Shown in pieces: positions 16,781-26,005 of a DNA stretch of 33,750 nt. Below the pieces are notes generated by a model, which was given only the letters and a program-made list of their open reading frames with translations, ran no database searches and was not told the origin of the DNA. The stretch's first letter is position 1; every line of letters begins with the position of its first letter. Origin of the DNA: a virus (Duplodnaviria; Caudoviricetes); the IMG/VR virus record IMGVR_UViG_3300027612_000013, positions 1 to 33,750 of that record. The stretch is one strand, 5' to 3'. The translations under genes and the position numbers were made by a program.

Positions 16781-18246
16781 GTTTCATCGTGTCCAGATTG
16801 GTCTGCGGTTTGCTGCAGCACGTTTGTTTGTTCTGTCGCCATTATCGGCTGGACTGTCACCGTGAAGTTCTCGGCATTCAACGCGTCCTGTATAAGCTTC
16901 GGCATTTGCGCAAGCCCTTCAGGATCGACGATAGGCTTGAATGTAACACTCGGCACCGCATCTGAATCAGAGACACCACCACGCTCTTCGTAATACCTGA
17001 CCCGGTAGTCCGAAGCACCAGCGGCGGACATGTCCTGTATGGCTAACTTCATACGGTCGCGAGCATCCTCGACAGCCTTTGCATTATCATCTTGAAGCGC
17101 CGAAATTAAATCGTGCTCGGCTTGCCAGTATGCACCCTCGGCTTTTACGGTCTCCCTTGTCGAACTGACGCGTTCAGCATTTGCCGTTGTGACCGCCCGT
17201 GTCCGCTCTGTTGATGTTTCCTTTACAGTAGCTGCGATCTCAGAGGCCGCCTGTTTTTCCATGAGACGCTCCCGTCGGGACTGCCCGATGATCGCCTCGC
17301 GCTTCCGCAGAAGCTTGTCGTATTCAAGAGTTATCGCCATGAGGTCTTTTGCCCTGCGTTGTTCATTCACACGCAGGGGCCATATTGCCGACCTGTTTAC
17401 GACGTCCTGAATCTTTTCCTCCATGTCGATTATTTCCGCAGTGACCTTGTTCAACTCTGGGATGCGCGTCAATCCATCCTTCACGTAATCGATCCCGGTA
17501 TTAAAAACCGAGATCATTGTCTGCCACCCAGACGTTGCGGATATCAGAAACGATTTGAATTTCGAATCCATCGTCTGGGTCAGCTCAGTCCATTGAGTCT
17601 CAAGCTCGGCCGCCTGCCTAATCCCATCCTCCTCCATGACTCGGCCAAGCTCCATCATCCTTTTTGTTGTTGCCGAAATGCTTCCGTCCATAGTGGCCAG
17701 CGTTTGCCCGAGCTTGACACCTTCGGTATCGAATGCCGCCATAGACACGCGGGCGCGCTCGCCTGCATTCTCTATCCCTTGAAGAGCCGCAGCGAATTCC
17801 TCCAGAACTGCCTCGGTCGTTTTGAAATTCCCCTGCGTGTCTGTCAGTTGGATGTTGTATTTCTCGAATTCCTTCGACAGTACGCCAGTGCCTTGTTGTG
17901 CTTCTGCAAGTCTTCTTGCGAATCGCTGCAGCGCAGTGTCGGTTGCCTGCGTAGACAGACCGAACTTCTCAGCCTCAAGACGAAGTGTCTGAACCTTCTC
18001 TACAGACTGACCGACGCGATCAGCAGCGTTGACCAGATTATCTGCCCACTGGGTTGTTTCTCTCAGTTGATTTGCAAGGCCAGCACCACCTACTATCGCG
18101 CCAAGCCCAAACAGGCCGCCAAACTTAGAGGAAATGCCAGACAGAGTTGCGCCAAGGGATGCGGCCGTTCCCTTTACCTTGGCAACGGCGCGGTCAAACT
18201 GCTCGGTAGCTGCGCCGAACGAAACAAGAATGTCTGGCTTTTTCAT
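16777..18246 (-). CDS. tail tape measure protein (short)
   Basis: Helical and Ala-rich, with ADNLVNAADRVGQSVEKVQTLR..ALQRFARRLAEAQQGTG typical of tape measures. Follows the tail tube gene. Confidence 0.85.
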   Translation of the reverse strand: MKKPDILVSFGAATEQFDRAVAKVKGTAASLGATLSGISSKFGGLFGLGAIVGGAGLANQLRETTQWADNLVNAADRVGQSVEKVQTLRLEAEKFGLSTQATDTALQRFARRLAEAQQGTGVLSKEFEKYNIQLTDTQGNFKTTEAVLEEFAAALQGIENAGERARVSMAAFDTEGVKLGQTLATMDGSISATTKRMMELGRVMEEDGIRQAAELETQWTELTQTMDSKFKSFLISATSGWQTMISVFNTGIDYVKDGLTRIPELNKVTAEIIDMEEKIQDVVNRSAIWPLRVNEQRRAKDLMAITLEYDKLLRKREAIIGQSRRERLMEKQAASEIAATVKETSTERTRAVTTANAERVSSTRETVKAEGAYWQAEHDLISALQDDNAKAVEDARDRMKLAIQDMSAAGASDYRVRYYEERGGVSDSDAVPSVTFKPIVDPEGLAQMPKLIQDALNAENFTVTVQPIMATEQTNVLQQTADQSGHDET

Positions 18247-18990
18247 CTAGATCTCGACCTTGCCGTATCCGCTTTCCCCGGCATCCTTTTTCGCTTGGAC
18301 CCAATTGGCCTCGAAGCGCAACGGGATCGGACGCGGATCCGTGTCTTCATTCGGCGCGAGAAGATCCATTGCCCCGGACTGAAGCACAGAGGTATTCCAA
18401 AGCGTGTAGCGTTGCCGGGTGCAATCACCCGCGCGGTTCTTCACGATCAGCACAAGCTCGTACTCATCGTTCTCTAGGCCGCCAATATCCACCCGCTGCT
18501 GGTCGGCATACGTGTAGGAGCAGAAGACCGGGCCAGTCATCGGCTGAAGGATTTTGATCACACCGCCGGCAAGATCGTACTCGGAATAGGCTACGTCTAC
18601 GTCTACACCAACCGCGTTATCGGTGACTGTCAGTGCCGAGACTCCTTTCTCGGGGAGCACAAGATAATCGCCAGCAGCAAGCGCGCCTGCATGGGTCAAC
18701 CCGCCGGCCGCACTCGCAACTGTCGCCTCGGGACCGGCCACGGCCAACGCGACATTCGACGCTGACCAGTCGCGGACCTCGCCCTCAATCGTCGGCTGCG
18801 ACCCGATGCTGTCTCGGTAGGCCACTACGGGACCGCAGTCCTGGTTCGAATAGACCGGCTCGACCTCTTCACCGATGCTGTAGTTGGCGTTCCAGACTTC
18901 GACAAGCGGACGATACGGGCCAGGCACGCCAGCAGTCAGCTTGGAAATCATTATGAGGCCTCGGGGGACCATGAATTGTGCGGGGATCAT
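18247..18990 (-). CDS. major tail tube protein
   Basis: 247 aa with a central insertion (YDLAGGVIKIL..YTY), located between the terminator and the tape measure. Confidence 0.75.
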   Translation of the reverse strand: MIPAQFMVPRGLIMISKLTAGVPGPYRPLVEVWNANYSIGEEVEPVYSNQDCGPVVAYRDSIGSQPTIEGEVRDWSASNVALAVAGPEATVASAAGGLTHAGALAAGDYLVLPEKGVSALTVTDNAVGVDVDVAYSEYDLAGGVIKILQPMTGPVFCSYTYADQQRVDIGGLENDEYELVLIVKNRAGDCTRQRYTLWNTSVLQSGAMDLLAPNEDTDPRPIPLRFEANWVQAKKDAGESGYGKVEI

Positions 18991-18999
18991 TTGGCTCTC

Positions 19000-19410
19000 C
19001 TATCTGTCAAGTATGACGAAAAAGTTTATGGTGACTGTCGGCTCGGTGTACTTTGATCCGGGGTCCCGCGCGTCGCCGAGAGACGCGGAAACATTCAGCG
19101 AGCAGATGGGACCCGGAGGAAAATTGTCGGGGGCAAAGACCTTGATCACGTTCTCGATCATATCCAAGCTTGTCTCGACCGGTGATGCTCCGACATTGGT
19201 GGCTGTCCGCACGGCCCACTCGGTAGTGACACTTGCGCGCATCCGGTCGCCGTAGTCCTCGACCTCTATGGCAAGCGTGCTTTGGTTCAATGCGCATGAC
19301 GGCGACGCCGGATCTACGCCGGGCTCTTCCTGGTCGACGAAAACAGTAAGACCTGGGATTGTCCGCATCATGTCCGCCACTTGGTCGAGGCTGTCTTTGA
19401 TTACGCTCAT
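19000..19410 (-). CDS. putative tail terminator (gpU-like)
   Basis: 136-aa acidic protein immediately before the tail tube gene. Confidence 0.6.
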   Translation of the reverse strand: MSVIKDSLDQVADMMRTIPGLTVFVDQEEPGVDPASPSCALNQSTLAIEVEDYGDRMRASVTTEWAVRTATNVGASPVETSLDMIENVIKVFAPDNFPPGPICSLNVSASLGDARDPGSKYTEPTVTINFFVILDR

Positions 19411-20729
19411 ACCTCAAATACCTCAAAGTAGGTAGGGCTCGCGGTGCCCTTGGCAACGATCACGGACAGCCCATTTGCCAGTGTCCCCCTGAGCACGTAA
19501 GGACCAGACCAGTTTGCAGTTGATCCGGTCCCGTTCGACAGCGCGAGGTAGACCGAACTTCCGGCCGCATCGTCGGTGACCGTGTCAAGATCGAAGGTGG
19601 TTACTGCGGCGCCTGACGTCATGGACAGCATGCCCGCGCCCGTCTGCAGATCGAGTAGGAACGCGCTAACGTCCTGCCCTGCCCCGTTCGTGTAGGCGAT
19701 GCGCAGCTCGGTTGTTACGTCCGACTTCAGTGCATCGGTTGTGAACTCGCCGGGCAGAACTGCCTCAAGCGCACGCCCCGAGTAAAGCCAAGATCCCAGA
19801 TCCGTTTCTGTCGGGACTCCTGTCGACCTGGCCACCATTCGAATGTTGGTATTCGTCTGGATGACTTGCGACAGCAAAGACTGATTCGAATACAGCGCAG
19901 AACTCCCCGCTGTAACCAGATGAGAGAACCATGCTGCAGGCCCCGTCCAGACTCCGGGCACTGCTGCATCCTCAAGCTGGAATCCGATGTCGACGGTTGC
20001 CGCTGCTTGTCCGCTGTTTTCTATAACGAGCGAGTAGCGCGCCGAGTCGCCGATGGCGAAGGCTTGCGTTGTCGGAAAATCCGGAGCAATGCCCAGGGCG
20101 GTTACAACCCATGTCGCACCATCCGAGACGATTGGGACATCGGTCGCGTCAGTTGCCTTCACGGTGTATGCAGGGGGCACGGGAGGAACCGCAGTGATTG
20201 TGGCATAGTCGCCCTCGACCGCAGAGATAACCAGCGTGCCGCCTACCTCGGATCCGGGGAAGAACATCCGGATTTGCGGAGCAGCAATCATAACGGACTG
20301 CCCTGCGACTACCAGGTCCCTGTCCAGGTCGGACTCTTCAGATGGCGACGGAGCGGACGAACCGACTATCCCGAAAGCAGGACCAGAAGACAGCGCGAAA
20401 TTTGTCAGCGACCCTATCTGACCCTCAACCGGGTCAGTCGCTCGAATAGCGTAACTGTTCATGTCCATGTCCCGCATCATCGCCCGCGCGGGGTTTACGA
20501 TAGAGTACTGACCGACCGCCGTGGCATATGCCCATAGCGGCGCGTCTGGTGTCGCGTCTGGCACCCAGTACCATCGCCCGGTGACCAGACCATCGGCGGC
20601 CGCCAGGTCAAGGAAATCAGCGAGCAATATGGTCAGCGGAAACCTATCGTCGGAACCAGTGGGAACTTCGTCCGGACCATCGCCGAAATTCTTGTTGTAC
20701 GCCGTCCGAGTGATGAACTGCTGAGACAT
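19407..20729 (-). CDS. putative fibre/decoration structural protein
   Basis: 440 aa, acidic, beta-rich and modular. N-terminal ILLADFLDLAAADGLVTGRWY resembles fibre N-termini. ATGA-coupled to the tail terminator. Confidence 0.45.
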   Translation of the reverse strand: MSQQFITRTAYNKNFGDGPDEVPTGSDDRFPLTILLADFLDLAAADGLVTGRWYWVPDATPDAPLWAYATAVGQYSIVNPARAMMRDMDMNSYAIRATDPVEGQIGSLTNFALSSGPAFGIVGSSAPSPSEESDLDRDLVVAGQSVMIAAPQIRMFFPGSEVGGTLVISAVEGDYATITAVPPVPPAYTVKATDATDVPIVSDGATWVVTALGIAPDFPTTQAFAIGDSARYSLVIENSGQAAATVDIGFQLEDAAVPGVWTGPAAWFSHLVTAGSSALYSNQSLLSQVIQTNTNIRMVARSTGVPTETDLGSWLYSGRALEAVLPGEFTTDALKSDVTTELRIAYTNGAGQDVSAFLLDLQTGAGMLSMTSGAAVTTFDLDTVTDDAAGSSVYLALSNGTGSTANWSGPYVLRGTLANGLSVIVAKGTASPTYFEVFEV

Positions 20730-20730
20730 A

Positions 20731-21036
20731 TCAGACCTTTGCGAACACCAGCTTTCGGCCGCCCGGATTGTCCGGGTCTGGCAGTACCTTGACGCCAGGG
20801 ACGAAGGCCATAGCTTCGGAGATGACGGAGATCCCCTGGTTGTCGCGCTGCAGGATCGAATCCTTCACTATGCAACCGGCTGGGGTCTGCATGGCGCGAG
20901 TAACTTTCGCCCACTTCTCCGCGTCGCTATAGACCATTCCAAGCAGCTCGAACATGTCGCCATTGCCGATCACAACGGCGTCTGGAGTGTCCTGAATCAG
21001 TTCAGCGACATCGGCATAGGTTAGTGGTGATTGCAT
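20731..21036 (-). CDS. conserved phage hypothetical protein
   Basis: FELL....W.K.TRAM....GC.V......SEAM.FVPGV pattern. Confidence 0.65.
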   Translation of the reverse strand: MQSPLTYADVAELIQDTPDAVVIGNGDMFELLGMVYSDAEKWAKVTRAMQTPAGCIVKDSILQRDNQGISVISEAMAFVPGVKVLPDPDNPGGRKLVFAKV

Positions 21037-21053
21037 TCGATCTCTCTATTGTT

Positions 21054-21206
21054 GGGCGCCTGCCGCTTGATCCGGGATGCTCTCCAAACACAGACTAAAT
21101 GAATGGTCCCACGGCAGGCATTGAAAGGGCGCCCGCTTACCGCACTGCGATGTACGGGCGCAGTGCAGCGCCTCTGGGTGACACAGTGACTGAAGCGGGC
21201 ATTGAA
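21054..21206 (-). ncRNA. tandem pair of structured RNA-like elements
   Basis: Two units, each TTCAAT-[8-bp GC stem with inner stems]-GCCC on the minus strand. They fill most of the gap after the endolysin. Confidence 0.45.
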
Positions 21207-21809
21207 CTAAACCTCCACGATGCGCACGGTTGTCCCGCGCGGGACGGTTACGGTGATCTCATTTTCCGGAGCAGGCACTTCTTCGTCCTCGCCTATTTCA
21301 ATTCGGATGGCAACATCGTCTCTAATTACGTCGTTGAGTTCGTACCAGGTTTCGTCCATGAAGGTGACCGCAGATACGTCCCACTTCCCACTTTGCTTCA
21401 CACCGTGGATGCTCTGGATTTCGCAGTGAGATGCAAGATGCTGCTTGTCTGGCGTGATGGAATATCCGCTGCATAGGAACGCGCACAAAGCAATTGCCGT
21501 CTCCCACTGCGACTCAGTGATTGGATACTTGCCAAACGTTCCGCCCTCCTTCGAACCAGCCATAGCGCAGAACGCGACGCCGATGTTCTTCGTATTGAAC
21601 TGCGATGTGTGCGCGGCATAACTAGACTTGGTGCTGTCCTGGTCGGCAACGCTGTATTTTCCCTCCCAGACGACGCCATCACCATCTATCAGAAAATGGT
21701 AATGCTCGGCATCCAGACTCGAAGGGGTGTAGCTTCCACCCGTCCAGTGCAGAGTGATCCGCTGCGGGTTGCCGTTGAAGTCGAACTGATCGTAGCTAAA
21801 CTTGTTCAT
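21207..21809 (-). CDS. endolysin, N-acetylmuramoyl-L-alanine amidase (Amidase_2-like)
   Basis: RITLHWTGG, HYHFLI, AAHT...N..NIGV, SHCE and GKWD. Confidence 0.88.
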   Translation of the reverse strand: MNKFSYDQFDFNGNPQRITLHWTGGSYTPSSLDAEHYHFLIDGDGVVWEGKYSVADQDSTKSSYAAHTSQFNTKNIGVAFCAMAGSKEGGTFGKYPITESQWETAIALCAFLCSGYSITPDKQHLASHCEIQSIHGVKQSGKWDVSAVTFMDETWYELNDVIRDDVAIRIEIGEDEEVPAPENEITVTVPRGTTVRIVEV

Positions 21810-22426
21810 TCTGAGATATCCCGATAGTCGAGGATGAAGATCAGGATGGCCCCGGCCACCTGCTTTTGAATCATGAAGATCGTTGCTGGTACATCAACAA
21901 CATCTGCTTGCTGTCGCCGGATAAAGTCGATGTAGTACCGCAGCGGATCAAGGTCTTCATCCACGAAGACTTCGGACTCGGCAATATACCGAGCGCCACT
22001 CGCTGACGCAGGCTCCATTGCTGCAAAGTCAGCGATACGGTACTTGGTGCCGAGTCCTTGGATAGTGGCGGAATAGGTCATGCCGGCCAAGCTCATTCCA
22101 TCCTTGTACTCGGTCAGCATTCCCTCAGCAGTGGCTCCCGCGTAATTGTCCAGCGTCCGACAGACGACGCCCGGCGGCAGATCCAAGCCTTCCACTGCGA
22201 CCGGCTCAAGGTCGCTATCAAGGGCGATCTCTATGGGTGGGAGTTCTTCTGATACGCACTCGGTAACGATCCCGCGCACTAGGTCTCTTATGACTACATC
22301 ATCCTGCCCTACTGAGGATGCCTCCATCGGATAGGCCATAACATTGTTCGCCGCGAGAATCATTGCGGCAGACAGACATGCGGTGATAAGGGCCATCGTT
22401 GTTGCTCGGCAGAAAAAGGTTTTCAT
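21806..22426 (-). CDS. exported/membrane hypothetical protein in lysis cluster
   Basis: N-terminal signal-like hydrophobic segment. Lies between the holin candidate and the endolysin, overlapping both. Confidence 0.6.
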   Translation of the reverse strand: MKTFFCRATTMALITACLSAAMILAANNVMAYPMEASSVGQDDVVIRDLVRGIVTECVSEELPPIEIALDSDLEPVAVEGLDLPPGVVCRTLDNYAGATAEGMLTEYKDGMSLAGMTYSATIQGLGTKYRIADFAAMEPASASGARYIAESEVFVDEDLDPLRYYIDFIRRQQADVVDVPATIFMIQKQVAGAILIFILDYRDISE

Positions 22427-22701
22427 CAGATCCTCTCCCGCGTGAAGTATCCGCCAATGAAATCGCCAACTACCGCAATGGCGGCGACGATAGCGCCGGC
22501 CGCTTCTACAGAGAGGGGCTCGTCGATTCCCGCCATATTCCAGATTACGATCAGCAGGGTAGCCATCGCGCCGGATGCGCCACCAACAACAGCGCCGCCC
22601 ATGACCTTGCGCGTCGGACGCTTGTCAGGCTGGTCTACCAGGATTTCTCCAGCGATGCTGGTATATTTTTCGAATACTGAGGATTTCAAATGTGTCACCA
22701 T
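22426..22701 (-). CDS. putative holin
   Basis: 91 aa, two hydrophobic helices (PTRKVMGGAVVG..LLIVIW; AAGAIVAAIAVV..GYF) and a charged C-terminus, near the endolysin. Confidence 0.65.
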   Translation of the reverse strand: MVTHLKSSVFEKYTSIAGEILVDQPDKRPTRKVMGGAVVGGASGAMATLLIVIWNMAGIDEPLSVEAAGAIVAAIAVVGDFIGGYFTRERI

Positions 22702-22723
22702 TGGGTTAGCTTCCTGCTATGAA

Positions 22724-23095
22724 TTAGCCGCCAGCATCATGCTGGAAGCGCGTTGACTCTTTAGCCCTAGCTCGGTCTAAGTTAACAACTTCATCGGAAC
22801 CGCGCCGAGTCAGCATGTTGGCAAGCGTCTCGGCTCGTTCCGAATAAACACGAATCTCTTCTGTCGGTATTACCTGAATTGCCTGCAACACCTGAATGTT
22901 CATCTCTGCCACACGATGCCGAACATTGACTTCCATGTCTTTAATCTCTGATTCGAGTTTTGCTTCAAGCTTGTCGAACCGCTTGGTATGCCGAGCTTCC
23001 AGTGCGTCTTGCTGTTTTCTGATAGAGGCGTATATAACGCCAACCATGCCGGCGGTCATACCAAATACTATCAGCGCTATTGTGTCAGGAGTCAT
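22724..23095 (-). CDS. membrane-anchored coiled-coil protein
   Basis: N-terminal TM segment (IALIVFGMTAGMVGVIYA) followed by a charged helix. Confidence 0.65.
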   Translation of the reverse strand: MTPDTIALIVFGMTAGMVGVIYASIRKQQDALEARHTKRFDKLEAKLESEIKDMEVNVRHRVAEMNIQVLQAIQVIPTEEIRVYSERAETLANMLTRRGSDEVVNLDRARAKESTRFQHDAGG

Positions 23096-23358
23096 TTGTG
23101 CGTCACCACTCGTCGTGCTACCGGGGACTGCGATAGTTCATCCAGTCTATCACGGTTTGAATTGACAGTTTGCTTGTACCGTAATGCCTCAATCACATGG
23201 TATTCGAGATTGTCTTTCAGTTCTTCTACTGCGACCTGGCACATATCGGTCCGTTCTTTCTGTGCCGAGAATTCAACAAACAGCGCGACAGCAACAAACA
23301 ACGCGGCAAACGTAAGCAAGGCGTTTCCGATATTAAACATTTTGTCTATCACCTTCAT
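23092..23358 (-). CDS. small membrane protein
   Basis: TM segment ALLTFAALFVAVALFV, ATGA overlap. Confidence 0.6.
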   Translation of the reverse strand: MKVIDKMFNIGNALLTFAALFVAVALFVEFSAQKERTDMCQVAVEELKDNLEYHVIEALRYKQTVNSNRDRLDELSQSPVARRVVTHK

Positions 23359-23361
23359 TTG

Positions 23362-23730
23362 TTATTCGGATATCTTGTCGATTGCCGCTTCAGGAATATC
23401 CTTGAAATTCCATTGGCATGTAACGCCGCCCCACACCTGGCAAACGATGTCCAGCCAGTTCCCCCATACGTGATAGACCGACTTTGGTGCTGACACTTCT
23501 GCGCATACTCCGGGGCATTCCGTACTATCCGAAATGCCAGTTATAGATGACGTTGCTACCTTTTTGCTGTGCTTGCCCTTGTCGATTGGCTCGCATGTCA
23601 CTTTGGAGCAAGCGCTAACGAATACCGGACCTTTTGCATATGCCAGTTCATCCACGCAAGATGTAATTACCAGCTCGGCGAACAGGATTACCCCGAGCGC
23701 TCTCCAAGGATGTTCTATTGCCATGCCCAT
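23362..23730 (-). CDS. Cys-rich exported protein, possible lipoprotein
   Basis: Hydrophobic N-terminus ending in lipobox-like ITSC, followed by six more Cys. Confidence 0.5.
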   Translation of the reverse strand: MGMAIEHPWRALGVILFAELVITSCVDELAYAKGPVFVSACSKVTCEPIDKGKHSKKVATSSITGISDSTECPGVCAEVSAPKSVYHVWGNWLDIVCQVWGGVTCQWNFKDIPEAAIDKISE

Positions 23731-24692
23731 ACGACATCACCAACTACTGCTTGCACGAAGGGGTTTATCTCGATGTAGTCAGCGCCACCAGCCCAGACTC
23801 CAGTGAATGTTGTCTCGGCTGTATCGCCTAACCTTATTGCCTGGCCGGGGATCAAAGCAGCTGCGACTGCTGCATCGGATATCCGGTATACCGTCCCTGC
23901 CTGAGCGATTATGGTGGCGCCGGTGTCTACCCACTGGCCGACTGGTGGCGGCTCGTACCCTTGGTCAAATTCCCAGAACAGATAACGGATACCATCAGAT
24001 CCAATCGGCAGAGTTTGGTGGCCTTCCTGTGCCGACCCTAGAAGCATGGCTATGTGCCAATCTTTCTGATCATCTGGCCTATCTCCATCCCATGAGTCTG
24101 TATACCAAACATAGATCGGATTACCAAGGTCATCGGTCTGCCATTCGCTCATCCCCAGCTGTAGTGCGCCAGTAGTCCATAGGTACTGGGTACACTCAGG
24201 GTCACTGTAGACTCCAATAGCGCGTGCTGAAGGGTCACGGGTTTCTGCCTTCCCAATAAGCTCGCATCGGAAGCCCCACCCCGTGGATGATGGAGTTGCG
24301 GGCGTGCTGAAATACTTATGACGCGCCTCGGCGTCGAACGGGATATCAGGCCCAGGGTAAAGCCTCGCGGGCTCGTAGGTCGCATCAGGATCGCCCAGGA
24401 CCCTAACAGGTGTGCCTGCCCACCCGTGATACCCGAGCGGACCCGTTGCCTGTCCGGCGTCATTCCCAAGCGGCCGGATCTGGAGATAAAGGTCTTCGTC
24501 GGTCGGAGCGACGGGCAGGCCAGTGAACGGGTCTGTAGCGGCAATCAGCGAGTCGCCTGGCAGGGTCGGGTTAGCCGAATGCGTAATATTGAGAACGATA
24601 TCAGTGCCGAGCATTTGCACCCGAACCAATGCGCGGTATTGGCTCGAAACATATGCCGATGGGGTTGAAGTCAGTATTATGTATTCGTTCAT
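23715..24692 (-). CDS. hypothetical protein, probably structural
   Basis: ~325 aa, Pro/Gly/Trp-rich, ATGA-coupled to the upstream fibre-like gene. Confidence 0.6.
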   Translation of the reverse strand: MNEYIILTSTPSAYVSSQYRALVRVQMLGTDIVLNITHSANPTLPGDSLIAATDPFTGLPVAPTDEDLYLQIRPLGNDAGQATGPLGYHGWAGTPVRVLGDPDATYEPARLYPGPDIPFDAEARHKYFSTPATPSSTGWGFRCELIGKAETRDPSARAIGVYSDPECTQYLWTTGALQLGMSEWQTDDLGNPIYVWYTDSWDGDRPDDQKDWHIAMLLGSAQEGHQTLPIGSDGIRYLFWEFDQGYEPPPVGQWVDTGATIIAQAGTVYRISDAAVAAALIPGQAIRLGDTAETTFTGVWAGGADYIEINPFVQAVVGDVVWAWQ

Positions 24693-26005
24693 GCGGCCAT
24701 CCAAGCGTCGACTATCGTCTCGTCTTTCTCATTATAGCGTGCCAGTGCACCGAAATACCCGACCACGCCTGAATTGCGGAACAGGTCAAGCGCACCTTGC
24801 AACAGCGTACCATCATATGGACCATCTGCGTGCCATACCCCATCGATGTTTAGCTTCATTGTGCCTGATCCATAGACAACTCCTATCTTATGCGAAGTTG
24901 TATCCGCTGATAGAGACTGAGAATTAACACCATCACTCAGTATGATGCTATTACCCGAGTGAGTCAGGAACCCGTCAAGAATATTTGCGACACCAGTAGC
25001 ATCTGCCTCGACTAACCAAGTCCCCTGCGCATCGTCTTGATTTGCAGCATCAAAGCTTAGATCGCACGCGTCACGCGTCACGGTGGCAGCAGCATCACAA
25101 TATATCGGCGGCAAATCAATTGCCTCTTCTAACGATGTATCCTCCCATACGCATATCGCATCTATAATATTGAACCCCGTAGCAGCTGCAGACGCCGCAT
25201 CACCCAAAGCCAATGCTCTTGCAGGGAAAAAATAGCCAGTAAAGCCTCCAGACCCAGAATGCTCTATTACGACTTTCCACCATTCATTATCGTCCAATAC
25301 TTCTGCACGCAAAAAAGACCCTTGGATTTCCCATACCCAATTGCCAGTTGACACGTCTATTTGAATAACCGATGTTGGCACTGATACTTGAAGCCCAAAT
25401 ATTCCAGTACCTGACTTATGCAACCAGAACACAATGCAATGAGATACCCCAGCCGAAACACCATACCCATGCCGCACGTATTGGATACTTGCATCTGACA
25501 TGTCCGCTAGATACGACGCGGCATTAGCCTTGCCATCAATACCTATCTGATCGTGTGTGATTGTAACGCCGCCAGTAGGAAGCCAATTTGCTGCTGTAAG
25601 GTCCCTACTCTCAGGCATGTGGTTTGTCATTTGTGGGCAATGAAGAAGTCTTGGCTGGTTGTCAGGATCGGTTACCGTGACAACTCGACTGCCGACCTCT
25701 CCGCTTACTGCGCCACCTTCATACGCAGGTTCACCGCCCGCGAATGAATTATAGACACGGTTTGCATCAGGCGATTCAATCTGATAAACGCGAGCCTCTG
25801 CAAGCAGACCAACGCCAGTCTCAACGCCAGTCATTACTCCATCAATTGGCACATTTCCAACAAAGGCAGGGTTTCCCGGAAAGATAGATCCGCCGCACTT
25901 TGCCAAGTTTCCAAAGATCTTGGATAATCCAAGGATCTCGCAGAACTCGGTCGACAGCGCATCACTGTTTACCATCGCGTGCTGAAGTGCTGTCTTGAAA
26001 ATCAT
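24689..26005 (-). CDS. head-spike/tail fibre-like carbohydrate-binding protein
   Basis: RLLHCPQMTNHMPESRDLTAANW...TVTRDACD resembles the LLIE..RTN..S.......W / VTRAAD framework of phage fibre proteins. Visibly more AT-rich than the flanks. ATGA overlap at 26005. Confidence 0.55.
   Translation of the reverse strand: MIFKTALQHAMVNSDALSTEFCEILGLSKIFGNLAKCGGSIFPGNPAFVGNVPIDGVMTGVETGVGLLAEARVYQIESPDANRVYNSFAGGEPAYEGGAVSGEVGSRVVTVTDPDNQPRLLHCPQMTNHMPESRDLTAANWLPTGGVTITHDQIGIDGKANAASYLADMSDASIQYVRHGYGVSAGVSHCIVFWLHKSGTGIFGLQVSVPTSVIQIDVSTGNWVWEIQGSFLRAEVLDDNEWWKVVIEHSGSGGFTGYFFPARALALGDAASAAATGFNIIDAICVWEDTSLEEAIDLPPIYCDAAATVTRDACDLSFDAANQDDAQGTWLVEADATGVANILDGFLTHSGNSIILSDGVNSQSLSADTTSHKIGVVYGSGTMKLNIDGVWHADGPYDGTLLQGALDLFRNSGVVGYFGALARYNEKDETIVDAWMAA

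Noticed and set aside
18243-18428. Alternative-frame ORF at the tail tube 3' end as a frameshift product or chaperone
   Set aside because: No convincing XXXYYYZ slippery site was seen (GCG AAA AAG is imperfect), and the translation looks like out-of-frame noise.
17359-18477. 372-aa plus-strand ORF
   Set aside because: Antisense shadow of the tape measure/tail tube genes, with no recognisable motifs or expression signals.
21054-21206. Canonical tRNA genes
   Set aside because: No T-loop GTTCRA, D-loop pattern or CCA end recognised.
21099-21476. 125-aa plus-strand ORF over the structured region
   Set aside because: Antisense to the endolysin and late operon; the nested stems explain the sequence better.
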